A stretch of 64,000 bases of DNA, taken from an uncultured Acidobacteriota bacterium (GTDB lineage Bacteria > Acidobacteriota > Vicinamibacteria > Vicinamibacterales > UBA2999). A model generated the notes under the pieces. It searched no databases and was not told the origin of the DNA. It saw only the letters and a list, made by a program, of their open reading frames with translations. The stretch is from the NCBI GenBank assembly GCA_963723495.1, contig CAVRQR010000006.1, positions 498,107 to 562,106 of the forward strand. Reading direction: 5' to 3'. A program made the position numbers and the translations under genes. Positions 20,199 through 28,790 of this stretch are shown here, piece after piece (positions within the stretch are counted from its first letter, which is position 1; each line of letters starts with the position of its first letter).

Positions 20199-20915
20199 AT
20201 GCTCGAAGTCCTCGACCTCCACACGTATTACGGCGACAGCCACGTGCTGCAGGGAACCACGCTGCGCGCCGAGCGCGGCACGGTGACGGCTGTCCTCGGC
20301 CGCAATGGCGTGGGCAAGACGACGCTTTGCCGTTCGCTCACGGGCCTTACCCCGGCGCGCCGCGGCAGCGTGTTGCTGGATGGCATCAACACAACACAGC
20401 TCCCACCGCACCAGGTGTGCAACGCGGGTATCAGCCTCGTGCCGCAGGGGCGACGCATTTTCGTGTCGTTGAACGTCCAGGAGAATCTCCACATCGCGGC
20501 ACGGCCAGCGCGACCGGACAGCAACTGGACGATTGAGCGCATCTACGAGCTCTTTCCCAGGCTCGCCGAGAGACGTCATCATGGCGGCGGCGAACTCAGT
20601 GGCGGTGAACAGCAGATGCTCGCGATCGCGCGCGCGCTGGTCGCGAATCCCACGCTCCTCATCATGGACGAACCGACCGAGGGTCTCGCACCGGCCCTGG
20701 TCGCGGAAGTGGGTCGGCTGATTCGCCGTTTACGCGACGAGGGGACAACGGTCCTGCTCGCAGAGCAGAACGCTGCCTTCGCCGTGGATGTGTCGGACAT
20801 CACGCACGTGATGCATCAGGGAGCGATCGTCTACTCCTCAGAACCGGCCGCGCTGTGGAACAACGAGGAGATCAAGAGCCAGTATCTTGGCGTGCCGGGC
20901 GGAACGAAGAACTAA
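20199..20915 (+). CDS. livF: ABC ATP-binding protein
   Basis: GRNGVGKT, LSGGEQQM and MDEPTEGL motifs. Confidence 0.9.
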   Translation: MLEVLDLHTYYGDSHVLQGTTLRAERGTVTAVLGRNGVGKTTLCRSLTGLTPARRGSVLLDGINTTQLPPHQVCNAGISLVPQGRRIFVSLNVQENLHIAARPARPDSNWTIERIYELFPRLAERRHHGGGELSGGEQQMLAIARALVANPTLLIMDEPTEGLAPALVAEVGRLIRRLRDEGTTVLLAEQNAAFAVDVSDITHVMHQGAIVYSSEPAALWNNEEIKSQYLGVPGGTKN

Positions 20916-20933
20916 GAACTCGTTCTTCGTTCC
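20901..20933. terminator. Hairpin between convergent genes (candidate bidirectional terminator)
   Basis: GGAACGAAGAAC-N9-GTTCTTCGTTCC perfect 12-bp stem made of AAGAAC units. Confidence 0.5.
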
Positions 20934-22075
20934 TATTTCTTGACAGGCGCCGCGGGGCGCGCGAACCGCGCCGCGTCGATCGTCACGTTCGGCTGCACAT
21001 CGCTCAATTCGACAACGTCACGACCGTCCAGCCAGGTGTCGGTCCACTTGAACGGCATCTTCACACCGGCGACTTCCCGGTAATCGGAGTAATCGGTCTG
21101 CCTCGAGATCCGGCCAACGGGTGAGTCGTTGTAGCGGACATGACGCACGAGAAGGCCGGTCTCTGAATCGAAGTACAACGTAGCCGTCCCACCGCGCGCC
21201 GTCGTGCCCTGAACGACCTGCACTTCGCGGTCATCGATTACCGTCGCCAGGCCAACACGCCAGTTGGTGAGCGCCTGCTTGATGGCCGCCGGGTGTGCCA
21301 GATCGGCCTCGAGCTTCAAGCCATCAACTTCCTGCGGGCTCAGCGCGAGCACATCGACCGGCCTGAAGGGCGCCGCAATCCACGCCGAGCGGCCGTCGTA
21401 GGTCGTCGTGCTGTCGCCCGCCGTCGTGCGCACGATGGTCGTGCGCTGACCCTCGCGAGAGTAGATTTCGAGAGGCCGCGGCTCGTTCTCCGGCCCATAG
21501 CCCGCGCTGGTGCCCTTGGCGACATAGCTCTTCAACGCTGCGACGCGCTGCGCTCCGCCGATGGCCTGGATGTACTTATCGAGGACCTCGTCTGCCTTCG
21601 GTGCGTTGACGGCCTGCTCGATGACGGCGTTGGGATCGCCGAACGGTGGCGTGCCGTACAGCTCGGCCAGATCGGCCGTCGCGCGCGGGCGCGCGCTGCC
21701 ACGATGGCAGGTGTAGCAGGTCACGACCTGACGCCCCCGGAAATGCGTCTTGTTGATGGTGGCCATCATCGTCACCATCACGCGGGCCATCTGCTTGCGA
21801 GGGCTGTCCGCGGCGTACACCGACCAGTCGGCATCGCCGGCAGCGTGACAGTCTTCACACGACATGCCGAGGGCGGCAGAAAAGATGCCCATCGTGCCCA
21901 TGAACTCGTTCACGGGAATGCCCTTGAGCACCTGCACGTTCTTGAAGACCTGCTCGGCCATAGGTGGCGCGGCCGGAGCGGCTCCGCCCTGACCGCTGGT
22001 GACCACGACGGTCGATAGCCAGACTACGGCAGCTGCCAGAACGCCCACGATGGATCGCCTCGACCTGTTCGTCAT
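20933..22075 (-). CDS. Secreted di-heme c-type cytochrome (reaction-centre cytochrome c-like N-domain) fused to a beta-rich C-domain
   Basis: Signal peptide; FKNVQVL; CEDCH and CYTCH heme motifs; Met-rich helices. Confidence 0.75.
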   Translation of the reverse strand: MTNRSRRSIVGVLAAAVVWLSTVVVTSGQGGAAPAAPPMAEQVFKNVQVLKGIPVNEFMGTMGIFSAALGMSCEDCHAAGDADWSVYAADSPRKQMARVMVTMMATINKTHFRGRQVVTCYTCHRGSARPRATADLAELYGTPPFGDPNAVIEQAVNAPKADEVLDKYIQAIGGAQRVAALKSYVAKGTSAGYGPENEPRPLEIYSREGQRTTIVRTTAGDSTTTYDGRSAWIAAPFRPVDVLALSPQEVDGLKLEADLAHPAAIKQALTNWRVGLATVIDDREVQVVQGTTARGGTATLYFDSETGLLVRHVRYNDSPVGRISRQTDYSDYREVAGVKMPFKWTDTWLDGRDVVELSDVQPNVTIDAARFARPAAPVKK

Positions 22076-22340
22076 AGCGCACCCTGCACCTTCGCATACT
22101 CGGACGTCGGACCCACGAATATCGGGCCTTTCAAACCCTGCCGACTATACCGATCCCCATCGCCCCCGGCAATGCGCGCCTTCCCCGCCTCCCTCACGAT
22201 CGAATTGACAGACCGTCTCGCCAGTGAGAGATTCTCGGGGTTCACCGTTCCCATATGGCGGCGAGCTCGGCGGGGTTGCGCACGATCGCAGCCGAGGTTC
22301 GCAGGGCGCAGGGTTTGGCGGGGTGAAGTCTGGAGGCGTG

Positions 22341-23954
22341 ATGTCGGTCGAGTTGCGTGCAGTCACGGGCGTGCTCGTAGTGATCGCGGGTGTGGCTATG
22401 GCAGCTGGGGGGCAGGCACCACCGTCTGGCGCCCTCACCGCCGCTCAGCTGAAACAGGTCGCTTACTTGAAGGCCTCAAACGCCGAACCAGACGACCATT
22501 TCGGGTGCGGTGGTGTGCTCGACGGCCACGCGGGCTGGGGTGTCGCGATCAGTGGTGACGGCAACACAATCGCCGTCGGCGCGCCGCACGAGAGCAGCGG
22601 CGCCAAGGGCGTCAACGGCGACCAGAAGGACAACTCGATATATGGGTCCGGTGCCGTGTACATCTTCACGCGCAGCGGTTCCGGGTGGACTCAACAGGCA
22701 TACGTGAAGCCGTCGAATCCACAGATGGGCGCCGAGTTCGGTCACGCCCTCGCGCTCAGCGCTGACGGCAACACGCTGGCGGTCTCGGCCTTCAGCGAGG
22801 CGAGCAAGGCGACGGGCGTCAACGGCAATCAGGACGATCACTCCATCCCGCAGGCCGGAGCCGCGTACGTCTTCACGCGCACCGGGACGAGGTGGACGCA
22901 GCAGGCGTACGTCAAGGCGTCGAACACGGGTGAAGCTGGCGCGACGCCGGACAGCTTCGGGGATGGCGATCAATTCGCCGTATCGATTGCGCTCAGCGGT
23001 GACGGCCGAACGCTGGCAGTGGGAGCGATCACCGAGGACAGCAACGCATCCGGTATCAACGGCAACCAGGCCGACAACTCGGCGATGTCGTCAGGGGCCG
23101 TGTACGTGTTCATGGTTTCGGGTACCACCTGGTCTCAGCAGGCGTATATCAAGGCTGGCAACCCGGACCCCGGTGACCTTTTCGGCTACAGCGTCTCGCT
23201 CAGCGCCGACGGCAACACACTCGCCGCTGGCAGCTTTGACGAAGGGGGCTCCTCGCGCGGCATCAACGGTCCGCCAGACAACATGCGACGCGGTTCAGGG
23301 GCTGTTTATGTCTTCACGCGCGCCGGCACGACGTGGACGCAGCAAGCCTATATTCACGCCGCCAATGCAGAGGCCGGCGACTCCCTCGGCGTCAACGTCG
23401 TGCTGAGCGACGATGGGAACACGCTGCTGGCAAGCTCGCTCGATGAAGATTGCATGGCGACCGGCGTCAATCCACCAGGGTGCGATAACGATCGGACAGA
23501 AGACGTTTCCACGGGCGCTGCGTACGTGTTCGTGCGCAACGGCGCCGCCTGGTCGCAGCAGGCGTACCTCAAAGCCTCCAACACTGGCCCCAACGACTGG
23601 TTCGGCTCGCGCGCGGCGTTGAGTGGCGACGGTAATACCGCCGCGCTTGGCGCATCACTCGAGGACAGCTCCGGCAAAGGCATCAACGGGAAGCAGGACG
23701 ACGACGCGGCGCCGGAGTCGGGTGCGGTGTATCTGTTCAGACGCACCGGGACGACGTGGAGTCAGCAGGCGTACGTAAAGAGCTCGAACGCCGAGGCCTA
23801 CGACGAATTCGGGGGATCTGTTGCGTTGTCGCGCGACGGCCGCACGATGGTGGCGTCCGCGCACACCGAAGACGGCGGCTCGAAGGGCGTTGGTGGAAAT
23901 GAGGCTGACAACTCCGTCAGCGAGTCCGGCGCGGTCTACGTCTTCAGTAACTAG
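22341..23954 (+). CDS. Secreted FG-GAP/integrin-alpha-like beta-propeller protein
   Basis: About 7 repeats of FG..ALS.DG.TLAVGA ... SGAVYVF.R.G..W.QQAY.K; RBS GGAGG. Confidence 0.85.
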   Translation: MSVELRAVTGVLVVIAGVAMAAGGQAPPSGALTAAQLKQVAYLKASNAEPDDHFGCGGVLDGHAGWGVAISGDGNTIAVGAPHESSGAKGVNGDQKDNSIYGSGAVYIFTRSGSGWTQQAYVKPSNPQMGAEFGHALALSADGNTLAVSAFSEASKATGVNGNQDDHSIPQAGAAYVFTRTGTRWTQQAYVKASNTGEAGATPDSFGDGDQFAVSIALSGDGRTLAVGAITEDSNASGINGNQADNSAMSSGAVYVFMVSGTTWSQQAYIKAGNPDPGDLFGYSVSLSADGNTLAAGSFDEGGSSRGINGPPDNMRRGSGAVYVFTRAGTTWTQQAYIHAANAEAGDSLGVNVVLSDDGNTLLASSLDEDCMATGVNPPGCDNDRTEDVSTGAAYVFVRNGAAWSQQAYLKASNTGPNDWFGSRAALSGDGNTAALGASLEDSSGKGINGKQDDDAAPESGAVYLFRRTGTTWSQQAYVKSSNAEAYDEFGGSVALSRDGRTMVASAHTEDGGSKGVGGNEADNSVSESGAVYVFSN

Positions 23955-23955
23955 T

Positions 23956-24023
23956 CAACTCCCAACGACTTTCGTTCGACCAACTCCCAACTCCCAAGGG
24001 CAACCTTGGCGATTGGGAGTTGG
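23956..24023. repeat. Heptamer (AACTCCC) hairpin repeat between convergent genes
   Basis: CAACTCCCAAC..CAACTCCCAACTCCCAA ... TTGGGAGTTGG. Confidence 0.7.
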
Positions 24024-24033
24024 CCTTCGTCCT

Positions 24034-24399
24034 TCAGGGTTCGCGCAACAACGGCACGCCCTGCACGGGCGCTGGCCGCGCCTGCACGAAGGCGTAGATA
24101 TCCGCCATCTCGGCATCGGACACAACCTTGCTCGTGTACGGCGGCATCTGACCAGTGGGACGCCGCACGTATTGGCTGAACGCCGTAAACGCGATCGGCT
24201 TCGGCCCGAGGCGTGGCCCGGTCGCGCTCGATCCCTGTGCCTCTCGGCCGTGGCACTGATAACAACCGTAGCTGACGTAGAGCTTCTGGCCGTCTTCTGC
24301 GTTGCCCGCCGGCGCGGCTTGCGTTGAAGGAGCTTGCGCCCGTACACCAGCGATGGATGCCAGAGCCACGATACCGAGCACGAGGAATTGAATTCGCAT
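24034..24399 (-). CDS. Periplasmic monoheme class I cytochrome c
   Basis: Signal peptide MRIQFLVLG..AQA; CYQCH heme motif; distal GQMP. Confidence 0.85.
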   Translation of the reverse strand: MRIQFLVLGIVALASIAGVRAQAPSTQAAPAGNAEDGQKLYVSYGCYQCHGREAQGSSATGPRLGPKPIAFTAFSQYVRRPTGQMPPYTSKVVSDAEMADIYAFVQARPAPVQGVPLLREP

Positions 24400-24451
24400 C
24401 AGCCTCACCCTTCGAGACATCGGAGGTTGCGGAGTCACGGATTGTTCCTCC

Positions 24452-26399
24452 CTATCGGGGTTGCGTCACTACATCAATCAGCGACGGCTCACCACGCTTG
24501 ACGACCTCCAGTGCTCGCGTGATGGCCGGCGCCAGATCCTTCGGGTTCGTGATCGGTCCCTGCGCATGGACCCCCATGCCCTGTGCGATCTTCGCGAAAT
24601 CGACGTTCGGATCCTCGATCGTCGTCCCGATATGTGCGCGCGAGATGCCGCGATTGTGCCGGTTGGCCATGCGCTGCAGGTGCATGACCTCCTGATGGTA
24701 CGCGCGGTTGTTGTGCATCACGGCGAGCAGTGGAATCCGGTGGTGCGCCGCTGTCCACCAGACGCCGGGCGCATAGAGGAAGTCACCGTCGCCCTGAATC
24801 GTGACTGAGAGCCGACCGTGCTTCTTGTTGGCGAGTGCGGCGCCTACCGCCGCCGGGGCACCGTAGCCCACGCCGGCGCCACCCGAGCCGCCAAGCGACT
24901 GGTAGTGCTTCTCGAAGCTCCATAGCTGCGACGTCCAGTCGCTCATGATGCCGCTCTCGGCCACGAGCGCCCAGTCCTCCTTCTTGATCTGGGCCCAGAG
25001 CTCCATGGTCATGCGGGCGGTGCTAATCGGACTCGCGTCCCACGCATACGCCGCCTCGGCGCGCGCGCGCTCGAGCGCGCGCCCGTGTGCCTCCGCCAGG
25101 CGCTTGCCCCTCGCCTCGAACGCCGTACGCCTGTCGGCGGTGATCAATCGCTTGCAGGCTTCGGTCAACGCGGGAAGCGTGGCTTCGGCATCGGCGGCCA
25201 TCGCGACGTCCACCTCGGGGTAGCGCTGGAAGTCCTGGTAGTTTCCTTTTGTTGCCAGATCGAGCGCCGTGATGCTGACGAGTTTCGTGCCCGGCTTCAC
25301 CAGCGACCGCGATGTGCGCGTCAGGCCATCGCGCACGGCACTGACCGTCCCCCAGAAGTCGGTCAGCTCGAGGCCGAGAATCGACATCCGCCTCGGCGAC
25401 GAGCTGGCGTGCCGCGCTGCTCTGGTTCAGTGGGTGGCGCGAGGGAAAGTTCATCCGGCCGCCTTGATCGACGACCGGCGCTTGCAACGTTTCGGCGAGC
25501 TCGATCAGGCGCTGCACGCCGGCCGGCGTACGGGCCGCACGGTCGGCCACGATCAGCGGGTTCTGCGCGTTGACGAGCAGGCGCGCGGCTTCAGCGACAG
25601 CGCCGGAATCGCCCTGCGGTGGCGTGGCCCGTGTGAGTCTCGGGATGCGAAGACGCGACGTGATCTCCGCCGAGATCGGATCCTCCTGCAGCCCTCCATC
25701 GACGACGAGAAGCACCGGCATCATCGGCGGCGTCATCGCGATCTTGTAGGCGCGTACGGCCGACTCGGCGAAGTGCGGCAGCGAGACCGGCTGATCATCC
25801 CACTTGATGTAGTCGCGAACCATCGCCGCCGCGTCCTGAACGCTGTGCGACCACTCGACGCCGGGGCGCCGCAGCGTGGCGTCGAGTGAGTTGCCGGCCA
25901 GGATGTACACCGGCACGCGATCGCAGTAGGCGTTGTAGATGGCCATCGCCGCATGCTGCAGGCCCACGGTGCCATGGCACAGCACCGCCATCGGCTTCCC
26001 CTCGGCCTTGAAGTAGCCGTGCGCCATCGCGATAGACGATTCTTCGTGACAGCACGTGATGAACTCGGGAGACGAGTTGTTGCCGTAGTTGACGATCGAT
26101 TCATGAATCCCACGGAAGCTCGAACCGGGATTCGATGCGACGTACTCGAAGTCGAGCGTCTTGATCACGTCGACCATGAAATCGCCGCCCGGCCGATCGG
26201 TCGTGATGATTTCGCCACCGTCCGGCGGGTCGGTTTCCCGCGGCGCGATGGGCGCGGTGGCCTGAGCGGCCGCGGCAGCCTGTCGCGGTTGCCCTGCAAC
26301 GAAGTGTCCGGCTTCAGCCGGACCTGAAACGCCGCTGCCCGGAACCAGCGCGGCACCGGTGACCGCAGCGCTCTTGAGAAAGTCACGACGGTTCGTCAT
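24452..26399 (-). CDS. Tat-signal ThDP-dependent enzyme (acetolactate synthase/benzoylformate decarboxylase superfamily), frameshift near 25383
   Basis: MTNRRDFLK signal; NPGSS; catalytic Glu in CHEE; ThDP motif GDGDF...NN; ATG overlaps the DoxX stop. Confidence 0.85.
26301..26324 (+). repeat. REP palindrome inside coding sequence
   Basis: GAAGTGTCCGGCTTCAGCCGGACC, near-identical to 18202-18225 and 27215-27238. Confidence 0.75.
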
Positions 26400-27174
26400 C
26401 GCTTTCGCCCTCGCCATGCATCGACACTCCAGGCGCCAGGTCCTGCCGCCCAGAAGAACAGAAACAGGAAACAGAACAGGATCGACGCTTCCATGCCCGC
26501 TTGTTCGAAGCTGCGCCAGAAACCACGAGGAGCCCACGACCTGAAGTACGCCACCGCCATTTCACCGGAAAGCACGAACGCCACCGGCCGGGTAAACAGC
26601 CCGAGCCCGAAGAGCGACCCACCAACGATCTCGAGGTACCCGGCGAGACCGCGCAGGGTCATGATGTCGCGATCGATGCGGCCGCCTCCGACGCCAAAGA
26701 TCTTCTCCAGCCCATGCATCAGGAACAGCCCGGCGGCGGCGATCCTCAGAATGCCCAACAAGATCGGCGTCCACCGCTTGTCGATCGCGACCGAGCCGCG
26801 CAGCCGGTCGATACTCAATGGGCCGCCGCCGGCCGCGGACAGGTAGAGAAAGAAGAATGCGTTCAGAAGAATCGGATCGCCGCCGTTCCGGTGCGTGAAC
26901 GGACCCCGCTGAAGCGGGCCGAGGAAGAACAGCACGAAGTACAGCACCGCCAGCACGAGGCTGACCTGCCTGGTGTAGAGCCCGAGAATCAGCAGCAGCC
27001 CGGCCGGAAGCGCCAGGGCCTCGAGGATTCCTTCGTACGACACCCGCGACGCATGGCTCGCCTCGGGATAGGCGAGCACCTGCTCCATCCCGTGACGCAG
27101 CACGAGGAAGCCGAAGACGATTCGCGCAAAGCTCTGGAGATACGGCGCCAGTTGTCCCACGGCGAGTCGTTCAT
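26396..27174 (-). CDS. Tandem two-domain DoxX-family membrane protein (probable frameshift near 27149)
   Basis: Two repeats of RI..G.L...HG.(Q/E)K and LGL(Y/F)TR; ATG 27174 has RBS GGAAGG and joins the frame by adding one G. Confidence 0.75.
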
Positions 27175-27214
27175 AACCTTCCTGTTTCCCCCGCGTCAAC
27201 ACCGAATTGTGGCC

Positions 27215-27238
27215 GTAGGGTCCGGCTTCAGCCGGACC
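27215..27238 (+). repeat. REP palindrome
   Basis: GTAGGGTCCGGCTTCAGCCGGACC in a divergent intergenic region. Confidence 0.75.
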
Positions 27239-27317
27239 GTTAACCATTGAGCATTGGGCGCGAGACGACTAACATCTGCGTCGCCGGAGCTGGTCGATTC
27301 ACCGGAGGAGGGACTGT

Positions 27318-28622
27318 ATGGCTGGACGTTTCGCCATGTTCGTCGTCGGATTCGTCGTTGCGGTCGCTGTCATCTACCTGCCTGATAACCGGACTGTTCT
27401 TGGTCAGTCAGCCAGTGCTCCGACAAGGTTCGCCGCAGTCCCGAGCGAGAAAGGCGGTCAGGACATCTTCGGCGCCTATGACGTCGCCGCCGACTGGCCC
27501 AAGGATCTCGCCACGATCAAGGGCCACGAAGGGTGGACGTTCGGCGCGGGGCAAAGCGTGTTCGCCGAGAGCCCGAATCGCGTCTTCGTGCTCCAGCGCG
27601 GGGAACTGCCCGCCCTGGGACGCCCGAAGCCAACCAACCTCCCGCAGCTCGGACCGAACCTCTCGTTCCCGATCGGCCGCCTGCCCTGGCGAGACGCCAC
27701 CGCCGCAAGCCCGCCCGGAAACGGTGGCACCGGGCAGCCAGCCGAGGGTGGCATGGAGGCATGGGAGAAGGGCAACGGCGGGAGAAAGTTCGGCGTCGAC
27801 GCGCGCTGGGAACACACCATCATGGTCTTCGACGGCCAGGGCAACCTGGTCGACTCGTGGAACCAGTGGGACTCGATGATGCAGCGGCCGCATTTCATCG
27901 CCATCAGTCCCTATGACCCGCAGAAGCACGTGTGGATCGTCGACGACCACAAGCACGTCGTCCACAAGTTCACCAACGACGGCAAGACCAAGGTGCTGAC
28001 GATTGGTACCTACGGCGTGCCCGGCGACGACTCGACGCATTTCAACCGGCCAACCTTCATGGACTGGTTCCCTGACGGCAGCTTCGTCGTCGCCGACGGC
28101 TACAACGGCACGCGCGTCGTGAAGTTCGACAAGGACGGCAAGTATCTGACGGCGTGGGGGCAGCGGGGCGAAGCCGGCAAGGAGACGCGGCCCGGTTACT
28201 TCAACAACGTTCATGGCGTTGCGGTCGACCCGAAGACACGACGGGTGTTCGTCAACGATCGCGGCAACAAGCGCGCGCAGGTCTTCGACGAGAACGGCAA
28301 GTTCCTTCACGAGTGGTCGTTCGGACGCGACCCGGCCGACATTCACCTGTTCCACATCTTCAGCGATGGCTACCTGTGGGCGGCGGACCGCGGAACCAGC
28401 CGCATCCTCAAGTACGACCTCGATGGGAACTTCATGTACTCGTGGGGCACGTGGGGTGACTTCCCCGGCGGCATGTGGGGCGTGCACGGGATGAGCGTCG
28501 ACCAGGATGGCAACTTCTACGTCGCCGAAGTCGACAACGGCGGCGCGCAGAAGTACACGCCGCGCAAGGGCGCCAACCCCGCGATGCTGGTTGGCAAGCC
28601 CATTCGGTCGGCGTGGAAGTGA
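27318..28622 (+). CDS. Secreted NHL-repeat beta-propeller (PAL/peptidyl-hydroxyglycine lyase-like)
   Basis: Signal peptide; FNRPT, VADGYNGTRVVKFD, FNNVHGVAVD and DRGN motifs. Confidence 0.8.
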   Translation: MAGRFAMFVVGFVVAVAVIYLPDNRTVLGQSASAPTRFAAVPSEKGGQDIFGAYDVAADWPKDLATIKGHEGWTFGAGQSVFAESPNRVFVLQRGELPALGRPKPTNLPQLGPNLSFPIGRLPWRDATAASPPGNGGTGQPAEGGMEAWEKGNGGRKFGVDARWEHTIMVFDGQGNLVDSWNQWDSMMQRPHFIAISPYDPQKHVWIVDDHKHVVHKFTNDGKTKVLTIGTYGVPGDDSTHFNRPTFMDWFPDGSFVVADGYNGTRVVKFDKDGKYLTAWGQRGEAGKETRPGYFNNVHGVAVDPKTRRVFVNDRGNKRAQVFDENGKFLHEWSFGRDPADIHLFHIFSDGYLWAADRGTSRILKYDLDGNFMYSWGTWGDFPGGMWGVHGMSVDQDGNFYVAEVDNGGAQKYTPRKGANPAMLVGKPIRSAWK

Positions 28623-28629
28623 TCAGGAC

Positions 28630-28790
28630 AATTGCTGATCTTTGATTTGTGATTATTGATTCGTTGGTGATTGTTGATTCTTGATTTGAGATTTATTGGT
28701 GATTGAACTTGTCCGAATCAGCAATAAATCATCAATCAACAATCTGAAATCACCAACGAATCGATAATCAAAGATCAGCCAATCAACAAT
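28630..28790. repeat. AT-rich heptamer (TGATTGT/AATCAAC-type) long inverted repeat
   Basis: GATT-periodic left arm and AATC-periodic right arm, e.g. GATTCGTTGGTGATT vs AATCACCAACGAATC. Confidence 0.75.

Noticed and set aside
20933-22075. Evidence of phototrophy
   Set aside because: Only two hemes and no reaction-centre or bacteriochlorophyll genes
27174-27247. N-terminal extension of the DoxX ORF (MVNGPAEAGPY...)
   Set aside because: Read-through of an intergenic REP; a better start with RBS lies at 27174
3249-28790. Short repeats as CRISPR arrays
   Set aside because: No constant 23-47 bp repeat with unique spacers and no cas genes
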